A DNA stretch of 20,895 nt, taken from contig NW_021823822.1 in assembly GCF_006345805.1 (NCBI RefSeq), forward strand, positions 1 through 20,895, written 5' to 3'. The DNA comes from Octopus sinensis (taxonomy: Eukaryota). A model generated the notes under the pieces. The model had not been told where the DNA came from, ran no database searches, and saw only the letters and a list, made by a program, of their open reading frames with translations. Every line of letters begins with the position of its first letter. The stretch's first letter is position 1. The position numbers and the translations under genes are program-made. Shown here in pieces: positions 1-10,523 of this stretch.

Positions 1-70
1 TTGCCGAACCGCTAAGTTACGGAGACGTAAACACTCCAACACCGGTTGTCAAGCGGTGGTGGGGAGAAAC
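1..70 (-). mobile_element. Internal fragment of SINE family C, cut by the window edge
   Basis: ttgccgaaccgctaagttacggagacgtaaacac...ggttgtcaagcg matches the copy at 11706-11760 and is the reverse complement of 13683-13733; it runs into the family's internal CA tract. Confidence 0.85.
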
Positions 71-132
71 ACTCACTCACACACACACACACCACACACA
101 CACACACACACCACACGCACACCACACACATA
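71..132. repeat. (CA)n microsatellite
   Basis: Direct reading. Confidence 0.95.
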
Positions 133-242
133 AGTACTTTCTTTGTTATTAAATATAATAATATAAAATATTTACATGTTTTTAAGTTACGAAACAATTT
201 ATTGTTATATAAAGTTTCATCTATTTCTGGCATTTATGACTT

Positions 243-320
<78 letters not shown>

Positions 321-453
321 TATGATAATGCATATATATATATATACATACATATATATACATATATATAAATATGCATATATATATGCATATATATATA
401 ATATATATATGTATATGTATATATATATATTATATATATATATATATATATAT
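243..453. repeat. Compound (TA)n microsatellite with TG/CA interruptions
   Basis: Direct reading; source of the poly-IY ORFs. Confidence 0.95.
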
Positions 454-904
454 TCAGTGTTATTTCTAGCAGGTTGAGCGACACCATAGAGGTTATTCCG
501 ATAAGGTATCACCTAAATACCTTATATAACAAAATACCTGAGTGTTTATTTATATGGGGGTTGTTTTTGTTTGGTGTTGTAATATTCGTTGAAGAATGTC
601 GATTAAAGATAATCGTTATGCAATGCAGCCTACCCCCCCCCCTCAGCACAGACTCGTAGACACACATACTTATCAGTAAAAAAATATTGGTGAGGCATGT
701 ACTTTAAATCTTTGCATAGAATGAGGCACGAACGGTGGCTGGCTGCCAGGAAATATTACAAGTTATGTAAGAGAAGAGGATGTAGGTAGTTGGTCTGACG
801 TGGAGAAAAGAATGATTCCAGTCAGACAATTGGCAGGCATACGTACGTATGCATAAACACGTATATAAACATATAGGCAAGCTGTGAACTCAAGCCTACA
901 TGCA

Positions 905-935
905 CTACACACACACATGCATACACACGCACGTG

Positions 936-967
<32 letters not shown>

Positions 968-980
968 TATACGTGTGTGT
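905..980. repeat. (CA)n/(TA)n compound microsatellite
   Basis: Direct reading. Confidence 0.9.
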
Positions 981-989
981 ATACCGACA

Positions 990-1026
<37 letters not shown>

Positions 1027-1352
1027 TTAATAATAATAATGATAATGATAATAATAATAAAATATAATAATAATAATAATGATGATGATGATTATAATAA
1101 TAATAATATAATAATAATAATAGTAATAATAATAATAAAAATAAAAATAATATATAAAATAATAAAAGATATAATAATAATAATGATGATGATAATAATA
1201 ATAATAATAATAATAATAATAGTAATAATAATAATAAAAATAATAATAATAATAATATAATAAAAATAATAATAATAATAATAATATAAAATAATAAAAA
1301 TAATAATAATAATGATGATGATAATAATAATAATAATAATAATAATAGTAAT

Positions 1353-1385
<33 letters not shown>

Positions 1386-1396
1386 AATAATAATAA

Positions 1397-1475
<79 letters not shown>

Positions 1476-1512
1476 TAAAAATAATAATAATAATAATGAC
1501 AACATAATATAA

Positions 1513-1556
<44 letters not shown>

Positions 1557-1681
1557 TAAAATAATAATAATAATAATGACAATAATAATGACAATATAAT
1601 AATAATAATAATAATAATATAATAATAATATAATTAATAATATAATAAGAAGAAGAAGAAGAAAGAAGAAGAAAAGAAAAG

Positions 1682-1745
<64 letters not shown>

Positions 1746-1774
1746 AAAAGAAGAATAAGAAGAAATAATAAGAA
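990..1774 (+). repeat. ~780-bp degenerate (TAA)n array with TGA/TGAC variants and (GAA)n blocks at the 3' end
   Basis: Direct reading; abuts the 5' junction of the LINE at 1775. Confidence 0.95.
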
Positions 1775-4261
1775 GAAAACAAACAGTTCAACTCCAACCC
1801 CAAAAAGTTCTACCAAGAACTTGGCAAGAATAAAATAGAAGTCACTGCAGCACCAACGGCAGAAGAATTGGAAGAATTCTGGAAAGGAATATGGTCGGCG
1901 AATGAACAACCAAAAAAAAAGGAGTATTAAAACAACAAACATAGCATCTGAGCAACTTTGGACCCCCATAACAACTGAAGAGGTCACCCAGGCACTGCAA
2001 AGACTAAGCAACTGGAAGGCACCTGGGCATGACAAGATCCCCAACTTCTGGTTGAAATATCTACCAGGAATGCACAAAAAGCTGGCTGAAAGCTTTAACA
2101 ACATACTGGCAGAGCCAGAGACAATGCCTGAATGGCTCACGAAGGGGAAAACCATCTTAATTCCTAAATCCTATGAGAAAGCAAAACCAGAAAACTACCG
2201 ACCTATAACCTGTCTCCCTACAATGTACAAAGCATTTACTGCAGTAATATCACAAAGATTAAACAAGCACCTGGACGAAAACAACCTGTTTCCAGAAGAG
2301 CAGAAAGGATGCCGCAAAGGGTCATGCGGCTGTAAAGATCAACTAATGATCAATAAAGCCATAACTGAAGACAGCCACAGAAAGAAGAAAGGCCTCAGTA
2401 TGGCCTGGATCGACTACAGAAAGGCTTTTGATAGCTTCCCCCACACATGGATCCTCGAAACACTAGCCATTAACAAAGTAGCACCAACAATTATAAAATA
2501 CATAGGACACTCTATGAATAAATGGCAAACAGTGCTACAACTCCAAACAAAAGAGGGAATCATGAAAACCAAAGCCATCCCCATTAGAAGAGAAATATTC
2601 CAGGGAGACACGCTCTCTCCACTCCTTTTCTGCTTAGCACAGTCACCTCTATCTGATATGCTAAATAGAACTGGATGCGGATATAAATGTTACGGCAAAA
2701 CGATCAACCACCTTTTATATAAGGATAAGCTAAAACTATACGCTGCAAATGACAAACAGCTGGAAACACTACTAAAGACAGTTCATGGATTTTCCAAAGA
2801 AATAGATATGAAATTTGGATTAGAAAAATAGGTCAAAGTAACCCTGAAAAGAGGAAAACTAGTTAAGAGTAGCAACATCACACTAGATAAAACCAATGAA
2901 ATAAAAGAATTAGACCAAAGCCAAACTTACAAATACTTAGGAATCCATGAACTAGATAAGACACAACACACACAAATGAAAGAGAAAATAAAAAAAGAAT
3001 ATTATAGACGAGTTAGATCAATACTAAAAACAGAGCTCAATGCTAAAAACAAGATAAAAGGTATTAACACTTTAGCTGTCCCAGTTATAAGTTACAGCTA
3101 TAATATCCTTAACTGGACACTAAATGAACTGACCAAAATAGATAGGAAAACAAGAAAAATAATGACAGAATTTAAGATGCATCACCCAAAATCTGATATA
3201 GAAAGACTATATATACAACGTATAGAAGGTGGTAGAGGCCTTATACAGCTGGAAAACTACTATAAAATAACCACCATAGGACTGCAAAAATATCTACTTC
3301 AGAAGGAATGAAAACTGATACAAATAGCAGCAAAACACGAGCAAAACAAAACACTGTTCTCAGTATTTAAGGAAGCTGACAAATACAAACAAGAAATCAT
3401 ACCACCTAACAAATATGAAGAAGAAGAAGATGAAGAAACAAAATCTATAAAACAAATGAAATCGAAACTAAAACTAGAACAGCAACGAACCATGATAAAA
3501 CGATGGCAAGAAAAGCTCCTTCATGGCAAATACTGGACTAAAATAATGCAAAAGAAATAGACAAAGAAAAATCCCAGCAATGGTTGAGAAGCTCAGGACT
3601 CAAAGCAGAGACAGAGGGATTTTTAATTGCAGCACAAGACCAAAGCCTCCCCACCAGAAATTACCAAAAACATGTAATGAAAAGAAATATAACAAGTAAC
3701 TGCAAAATATGTGGAGATGGACAAGAAACAATAAATCATATTATCTCTAGCTGCCCAGTCCTGGCTAAGAAGGAATATATTCACAGACACGACAGAGTTG
3801 GGACCTACATACACTGGAAGCTATGCCAACATTATGGAATAACAACAGAAAAAAGATGGTATAGGCGCACACCAGAAAGAGTCACAGAAAACGAGAAACC
3901 AACCATACTCTGGGATATGCCGATACTCACAGATAGAGAAATTAAGGCCAACAGACCAGATATAGTTGTCAGAGATCATGAAGAAAAAAATGCTTTCTAA
4001 TTGATGTATCAATACCAGCAGATGACAACGTTTCTCTAAAAGAAATGGAGAAACTTTCAAAATACAAAGACCTGGAAATAGAGGTAACCAGAATGTGGAA
4101 TCTAAAAACAGAAACAATTCCTATCATAGTAGGTGCATTAGGCATGATAAAAAATTTCAGACAAATCATAACAAAAACACCAGGACTTACAAACACATTA
4201 ACATACAGAAATTGCTCTACTAGGCACTGCACACATCCTACGCAGAACGCTTTCAATATAG
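1775..4261 (+). pseudogene. Disrupted pol ORF: reverse transcriptase + CX2CX8HX4C knuckle + PD-(D/E)xK restriction-like endonuclease
   Basis: RT motifs WKAPGHDKIPNFWLK, NYRPITCLPTMYK, WIDYRKAFDS, FQGDTLSPLLF, YKYLG; CKIC-x8-H-x4-C at 3701-3754; RHDRV; RPDIVV (3953-3970); LIDVSIP; EKLSKYKDL. Lesions: frameshifts at ~1912-1926, ~3545, ~3989 and ~4210; stops at 2829-2831 and 3309-3311; catalytic YMDD reads YKDK (2718-2729). Reconstructed C-terminus IQKIALLGTAHILRRTLSI*. Confidence 0.9.
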
Positions 4262-4359
4262 TAACCATCAGAGCATCAACACCAAATCACAGCACATACC
4301 CAAGGCACACAGAGCTGCGCTTGGTAGTGAAGTGAAAGTACGCTATAAAAATAAAACTA

Positions 4360-4362
<3 letters not shown>
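1775..4362 (+). mobile_element. 5'-truncated R4/Dong-clade non-LTR retrotransposon (RLE type), inactive
   Basis: Single pol ORF remnant, ~100-nt 3' UTR (4262-4362, AATAAA near 4350), 3' end running directly into (TAA)n, 5' end starting mid-protein next to a TAA/GAA array. The RT-CCHC-RLE domain order and TAA targeting are known properties of Dong elements. Confidence 0.9.
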
Positions 4363-4417
<55 letters not shown>

Positions 4418-4475
4418 TAATATTATAAAAACAACAACCTTCCGGGAGCGATGTGCAACACGTTTCAATATATGG

Positions 4476-4537
<62 letters not shown>

Positions 4538-4538
4538 T
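4363..4538 (+). repeat. (TAA)n tail/target array interrupted by a ~50-bp unique island (4427-4476)
   Basis: Direct reading. Confidence 0.95.
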
Positions 4539-5154
4539 AGAAGATATTTTATAAAACACGGATTGACTTTGTTTCATATCCTCGGAGGGATTTGAACTCA
4601 GAACCTTAATGTCACAATGTCTATTGTTCAATTGATTCTGTTCGTGAGAGATTTTCTACGCTGTTGGTCTTCTTTAAAGAAATAACCCTCGAACCATTGG
4701 TGTCCTAGATCAAAACTGACCCGGGGCTCATCAACAACAGATCACATTGCATCGACCTTTATAGAAGGAGAAACATGGTTAAGGAAGTATTGGATACAAT
4801 GTGTCTGAATGGATGGTCATGGCTAGAAGGTCTTCGATGGTAGGTCAATTGTAAACAACAACAGCACAACAACAACGAAAGCGACGACAACAATACTAAC
4901 CACACGGAAAAGATTAAAAGAAAACTGGTCAGATTTAGGCAGGAAAATGTCGAAACGGTGAGAAACGGGATTTAAAAATATATTTTAAATTATTCTAAGA
5001 ATAGAAAAAGAAAGAAGTGGAACAGAGTCTGTGAGAGAGTTAAGGTTGAAAGAAAGTGAAACGTTAGATCTCGTTTAACTGGTTTTGGTTTCATGTTTAT
5101 CTTTTTCGTTTATCTTCAATAATCCTACACCGAAGTCCTTGAGAAGTCTATGCG

Positions 5155-5215
5155 AGTGTGTGTGTGTGTGGATCTGTAAATGTGTGGGCGTGTGTGTGTG
5201 TGTGTGTGTGTGTGA
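5155..5215. repeat. Interrupted (GT)n microsatellite
   Basis: Direct reading. Confidence 0.9.
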
Positions 5216-5296
5216 AGACTTGTTGTCACTAAATCTCAGAGAAAATTCGTGACGTGGTCAACGTGTAACTTGGGAATTGTAAAATCAACAACGAAA

Positions 5297-5325
5297 ACTA
5301 ACAGCAATTCTGCCACCTCACCGCT

Positions 5326-5327
<2 letters not shown>
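5297..5327 (-). mobile_element. 5' head remnant of SINE family D
   Basis: gcaattctgccacctcaccgcttt resembles gcgattctgccagctcaccgccc (5790-5812) and tttctgccagctcgccgcctt (10881-10901). Confidence 0.6.

Positions 5328-5402
<75 letters not shown>
5328..5402 (+). repeat. Perfect (TAA)n array
   Basis: Direct reading. Confidence 0.95.
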
Positions 5403-5403
<1 letters not shown>

Positions 5404-5485
5404 TATACTATGAGTTTCTTTGCCCTAGGAGTCGGGAAGACACTCGGCAAGAAATGGAAGCAAATTTGAAAGAAGAAGAAAAAAG

Positions 5486-5503
5486 ATAACAATAATAATA
5501 ATC

Positions 5504-5551
<48 letters not shown>

Positions 5552-5573
5552 GGTGATGATGATGATGATGATG

Positions 5574-5617
<44 letters not shown>
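5486..5617 (+). repeat. (TAA)n/(TGA)n array
   Basis: Direct reading. Confidence 0.95.
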
Positions 5618-5812
5618 CCTATCTACTAAAGGCATAATACCTGAGATTGGGGTGGGGAGATTAGTCGATTACATCGATCCCGATGTTCACTGGTACATAA
5701 TTCTTCGAGCCAAAGTCGCCCGCAGCAGAATTTGAACTCAGAACATGAAGACGGATAGAATACCGCTGAGCGCTTCGCCTGGCGTGCTAGCGATTCTGCC
5801 AGCTCACCGCCC
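5618..5812 (-). mobile_element. Family D-type tRNA-derived SINE, variant tail ending in (ATT)n
   Basis: Head gggcggtgagctggcagaatcgctagcacgccagg, B-box-like gagttcaaattc, and central gtcgattacatcga shared with the D copies; (ATT)n-type repeats on both sides in element orientation. Confidence 0.8.
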
Positions 5813-5844
5813 AATAACAACAACAATAATAATAATGATGATAA

Positions 5845-6440
5845 GCACAAGATCAAAGCTTGCTTGCTAGAAATTACCAGGCTTAACGCCCTCCAAAACG
5901 GTACTGACCCTAAATGCGGATTCTGGGATGCATTGTTCTGTGCTGACATCAAACGCCACGGTAGGGTAGGACAGTATTTACAGTGGAAAATATGTAAACA
6001 CTACAAAATCGGTAACCCTGTTTACTGGTAGGAACATCGTCGTGAGCCAATCGTTGATGGTAGAAATGTCACTATCCTCTAGGATTTTCTAGTCAACACT
6101 GACAGAACGATCCAGGCTAATCGACCAGACATAATTATTAAAGACAGGGAAGAAAATACTTGTAGACTAATAGATGGAAGTGTTCCCACAGTTAAAAATA
6201 TATCTGTAAAGGAATTTGACAAACTAAGTAAATATAAGGACCTGGATATTGAAATACAAAAGATGTGGCATCTTAAAGTGAGAACTGTTCCTGTTATTGT
6301 AGGTGCCCTAGGTATGATAAAAATGGGATGTCAGAAACATCTAGATAATATCCCAGGAGAACCATGTCTCAGAGAAATCCAAAATATTGTGCTAACAAGT
6401 ACTGCTTACATCCTTAGAAAAAACCCTATCAATTTAAATG
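5845..6440 (+). mobile_element. Second, diverged R4/Dong-type fragment (endonuclease end), degenerate
   Basis: Translates as AQDQSLLARNYQ...KRHGRVGQYLQWKICKHY...ANRPDIIIKDREENTCRLIDGSVP...KLSKYKDLDIEIQKMWHLK...VGALGMIK...TAYILRK. It has internal stops and part of the CCHC is deleted. The 5' end abuts a TAA/TGA repeat. The 3' UTR end is not defined. Confidence 0.85.
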
Positions 6441-6612
6441 TTTCTGCTGCTGCACAAACAACCCACAATATAAAAACTAATACAACAGAAGACTGAAACC
6501 AAACCCCATAACAAAACGTACTGATACAATACAATATCTCCCCCAGCTAAACAAAAGTGTAGCACACACCACCCCGCCAACCGTACTCCTTGTTGATTCC
6601 AACTTATTCAAT

Positions 6613-6614
<2 letters not shown>

Positions 6615-6657
<43 letters not shown>

Positions 6658-6676
6658 ACACACACACACACACATA
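6615..6676. repeat. (CA)n microsatellite
   Basis: Direct reading. Confidence 0.95.
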
Positions 6677-7525
6677 CAAAAATGGGACAAGAACGCAAAA
6701 CATCCAGAGAGTTAGGTAATACAAAAAAGGGACAACAAAACATCCAGACAGACGATACAAAAAAAACAAGGACGGGTCATTCGGAGTTTTCTATCATCAG
6801 TCGAGTTCCAGGTTATCTTAACAGTATCAATGATATTTCAATATGCTCATTCCTCCAGCTGTTTCAATAATCCTTACGTTACATATGAGAGGATGGCAGA
6901 ACTATCTGGCCAGGGAACAGTTTCTGTACAGAAATATGAAGAATATAATTTCGGTTTTTTTATATAACGGAAGGAAAAGAATGTTTATTCTATATCGTAG
7001 TTAAATTAAAATGTATTCTTATTTCTGTTTGGAAGCTGATCGAAGGTAACCATGACAATCTTTCGGCTCCATACTATGCCAGACTCTAGATGTATCCTTC
7101 TCTGGGATTAACGAACCAAGCATCCCACTTCACATTTTTAGAGCTTCACTCATTTCCATGCTGGTGAGTTAACACAAGCTGAAAGGAAGATGTTACTCGC
7201 CAAACTAAAATAATTGTGAGAAGACGGTGTCACATCTCAGCTGGAATATCTTTGACTGAAAAACTATTATTATTTTGTGGTTTACGTTGACCAAAATTAA
7301 CAGCGGTTATCTGATCTAAGTTGTGTAGTTTCGTGTTCGTGAATTTGTTTATAATAGGTTTTGTAATATAATCTCGCTGTTAGACAGTGGTTAAGTAGGG
7401 TAACATGATATTTTCTAGTTTATGAGTTTTTGTGGGAGAGGAGCGCGGAGATGATGTGTTTATCAATTTTATTATTACAAAGACGTATTTATTTCATGTG
7501 TGTGTGTGTGTAGTTTATTTGTTTT

Positions 7526-7795
7526 GCTGGGATGAAGAGGATGACTCAGTGGTTAGGGTGCTGGGCTCACCATGGCAAGATTGTGAGTTCGGTTCCTGGC
7601 GAGGCGTCATTCCTTACGCCAATCACTTTATTTCCCTTTGCCTCAGTCCTCTTCACTGGCAGGTAATTCAAAGGGCCAGCCTCGTCATATTCTGTGGCGT
7701 GTCTGTGGAGTGCTCAGCACGTTTATTCTATGAGGAGCCGGCTGTTCCGTTGACTGGGTTAACTGGAACCCTGGTCGTCGTAACCGACGGAGTGC
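7526..7795 (+). mobile_element. Family A SINE (tRNA-like head, tail type 1) with 15-bp TSD
   Basis: tgactcagtggttagggtg head; tail aaagggccagcc...gtcgtaaccgacggagtgc shared with 9477-9650; TSD tagtttatttgtttt at 7511-7525 and 7796-7810. Confidence 0.85.
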
Positions 7796-8027
7796 TAGTT
7801 TATTTGTTTTACTGTCTGCTGTAGCTGTTGTATCTGTGAGTGTCATTCCACAAAATGGACTGCTAATGTGTTCCAGTGTGGAAAGCTGACCAAAGTCTTT
7901 TGATGGAGAGGCTGCTGCTGTTAGAAGTGAGGTTCTCTACATTAATGGTGGTATTAACCCCTCAAAGAACCATTTCATCCAAGGTGAACCTCAAAGTAGT
8001 TGTTAGATCTGCAAGAATTAGCAGCCA

Positions 8028-8033
8028 ACACAC

Positions 8034-8096
<63 letters not shown>

Positions 8097-8121
8097 CACA
8101 CACACAACACACACACACACA
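8028..8121. repeat. (CA)n microsatellite
   Basis: Direct reading. Confidence 0.95.
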
Positions 8122-8379
8122 CAACGCACTCATTCTATTATTCTGCCAGTCTGAATATTAAAGTCCCACAATATCTTATATTTCTTACTTTCTAGTATTT
8201 TACTAGGTTCATGTTCATACCATTTATCAGTAAGTTCAAATCCTAGCTTTCTATATATATGTATATATATATATATTCATGTGCAGAGAAATACACACGC
8301 ACAGAGATTGTGATATTGATAGTGTTTCTGTTATTCTGTCTTATGTATGTGTGCATATCTTTATTTATCTGTTTATCTT

Positions 8380-8545
8380 TTAACACAGACACACACACAG
8401 ACACACACGTCTGCGCGTGCACACGCAGGGCGTGCTTTTGCTCAGCGACCGTCTTCCAAATTTTCTCATTCGATATTGTTGACACCAAGGCTATCGACAG
8501 AAGACACTTAACCAAAGTGCTGCGAAGAAAGAGGAACGAAAGCGA
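8380..8545 (-). mobile_element. Old, degenerate family C SINE (5' half)
   Basis: ccgtcttccaaatt...ccaaggctatcgacagaagacacttaaccaaagtg aligns with ccgtctaccaaatc...ccgaggctatagtagaagacacttgcccaaggt (11846-11907). Confidence 0.55.
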
Positions 8546-9166
8546 GAACTGAGTCGACGTGAAGGGCATCCTCACCTCACCTCTATACTTGCATCTGTTC
8601 AATCTACTCATAGAATACAAAATTTCCGCTTCAAAGCTAGAAAATACTCCAGCCGTTGCTGACCATTTAAAAGTACCAGACATATTTTAACATCAGACAC
8701 AGTTTTTCTTTCGGTTATTTAGTGAGCATCACGGGCCATTGCCAGTTACCTTTTATAGGGCTTCCATAAAGGTGTAGGGAGAGAGGTCCTGTTTGGCCGT
8801 TCGACCTGCTTGGAATCACTCCCAATCACACTCTGTTGTCTTAATTAATCAAAGATACGTTAGACCTATATAGCTTTATAAAGATGGGATTGTCATGACC
8901 GGAATGCCTGTATCACCTCGTTTGTGATTAAGCAACAACGACAACAGAAGCGGCTACAACAGACAACGACTCAGGTTCGTGATCCAGTTTCGATATCCCA
9001 TTACTTCATTACACAAGAACCTTAAAAGAAAAAAAAAGCCATTAGCTATCTTGTAACTGATTCTTTCCTTCCCAGAAATCTGCGACATTATTCTCTTTGG
9101 GATGAACCTAACGGCTCAGTGGGTTAAAAGGATAAACTTTTTTATTTAGCAATTATACTATCTACT

Positions 9167-9462
9167 GTGGAGGCGCAATGGCCCAGTGGTTAGGGCAGCG
9201 GACTCGCAGTCGGAGGATCGCGGTCGGAGGATCGTTGTGTGTGTTTATTGAGCGAAAACACCTAAAAGCTCCACGAGGCTCCGGTAGGGGATGGTGGCGA
9301 CCCCTGTTGTACTCTTTCGCCCCAACTTTCTCTTACTCTCTCTTCTTGTTTCTTGAGTAACGCTGCGATGGACTGGCGTCCCGTCCAGCTAGGGGGGAAC
9401 ACATACCCCACAGAAACCGGACCCATGAGCCTGGCTAGGCATGAAAAGGGCGACGTTTATCG
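9167..9462 (+). mobile_element. Family B SINE with 14-bp TSD
   Basis: gtggaggcgcaatggcccagtggttagggc head; nearly colinear with 14828-15142; TSD ttatactatctact at 9153-9166 and 9463-9476. Confidence 0.92.
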
Positions 9463-9476
9463 TTATACTATCTACT

Positions 9477-9805
9477 AGTGTGGCTGGCACACCGTCGGTT
9501 ACGTCGACGAGGGTCCCAGTTGATCCTATCAACGGAAAAGCTTTCTCGTGAAATTAACGTGCAAGTGGCTGAGTACTCCACAGACATGCGAACCCTTAAC
9601 TTAGTTCTCAGGGAGATTCAGCATGACACAGAATGTGACAAGGCCCACCCTTTGAAATACAGCTACTGCTCATTTTTGCCAGCTGATTGGACTGGAGTAA
9701 CGTGAAACAAAGTGTCTTGCTCAAGGACACAACGCATCTCCGGGAATTGAACTCACGACCTTACGGTCATGAGCAGAATACCCCTAACCACTAAGCCACG
9801 CTCCA
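9477..9805 (-). mobile_element. Family A SINE (tRNA-like head + CORE-like block + tail type 1)
   Basis: Reverse complement reads tggagcgtggcttagtggttagggg (A box)...gagttcaattccc (B box)...gtgtccttgagcaagacactt (resembles the MIR/CORE ccttgggcaagttactt). Confidence 0.88.
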
Positions 9806-10168
9806 TCTCGTCTCCTACAAGTGTTATACGCATCGAAACTGGGGGTTATTTTTCGGTTTCTTTTCAGTAATTCTTAATTTTTCTGATTCCAAGTCCTGCT
9901 CCATTTCCTTCCTGTGTTTCATCTTGTTTTTATTCTGTTTTTCTTTTTTTTTTTCCTTGGTCCTTTCTTCCATTTCCCCAGTTTTTTGTGAACCCACCAC
10001 CTAACTTTTATTAACCTCTCTCTGACCCTTTCTTCTGCTTCTGCTTCTGCTCTTTAATTCCCAATATTTCTTATTCTCTTACATCATTTTTTAGCCTTCC
10101 TCATATTTCGTAGTCTGCTTACCTGATTGCCTGTCTCACTTCTTCCTCACTACACTGTCTGTCTCTTT

Positions 10169-10169
<1 letters not shown>

Positions 10170-10204
<35 letters not shown>
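10170..10204. repeat. (CT)n inside a ~400-bp pyrimidine-skewed tract (~9890-10300)
   Basis: Direct reading. Confidence 0.9.
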
Positions 10205-10205
<1 letters not shown>

Positions 10206-10523
10206 AATTTCTCACCTATCCATTCGTCTAATACATTTCTCTTTATAATTCTTTCTTTTTGTTTCTGTCTCTTTCAGTACACTCATTTCTTTTTCTTACC
10301 ACATTCTTATCGGGTAACACAAAGCGGGACACGTGACTTGACTTTTTATCAATTATATTTAGCAACTTCACACTGCATTTAAAAATACTGTAGTTTTTAT
10401 ATTCTACGCGTAATAATACTGAGACTTGTGTGAAAAATAAGCAATAAACATCTATCTAAATGGCGGCCCATTTACAAGTGGTGCTTCAATATTTAAAATT
10501 TTCCCCTTAACCTTTCTTCTACC

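Noticed and set aside
12-1594. Poly-I/Y/L/N/HT ORFs in the ORF track (also near 4287, 5298-5735, 8000, 12034-12410, 14350-14561, 16233)
   Set aside because: These are translations of microsatellites with no coding signal.
1902-2831. 309-aa ORF as a functional reverse transcriptase gene
   Set aside because: It is a fragment of a truncated LINE with a mutated active site, bounded by a frameshift and a premature stop.
7036-7089. LIEGNHD metallophosphoesterase-like motif
   Set aside because: It is a single 4-residue motif with an in-frame TAG soon after and a poor acceptor.
7850-7990. Peptide VFDGEAAAVRSEVLYINGG (kelch-like GG)
   Set aside because: It needs a frameshift, has weak splice sites and shows no recognisable family match.
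8575-8625. SPLYLHLFNLLIEY resembling RT motif B
   Set aside because: It is too short and the flanking RT motifs are absent.
9076-9122. Strong acceptor at 9074-9075 as an exon start
   Set aside because: Only a weak donor follows, and its phases give stops when joined to the upstream candidate exon.
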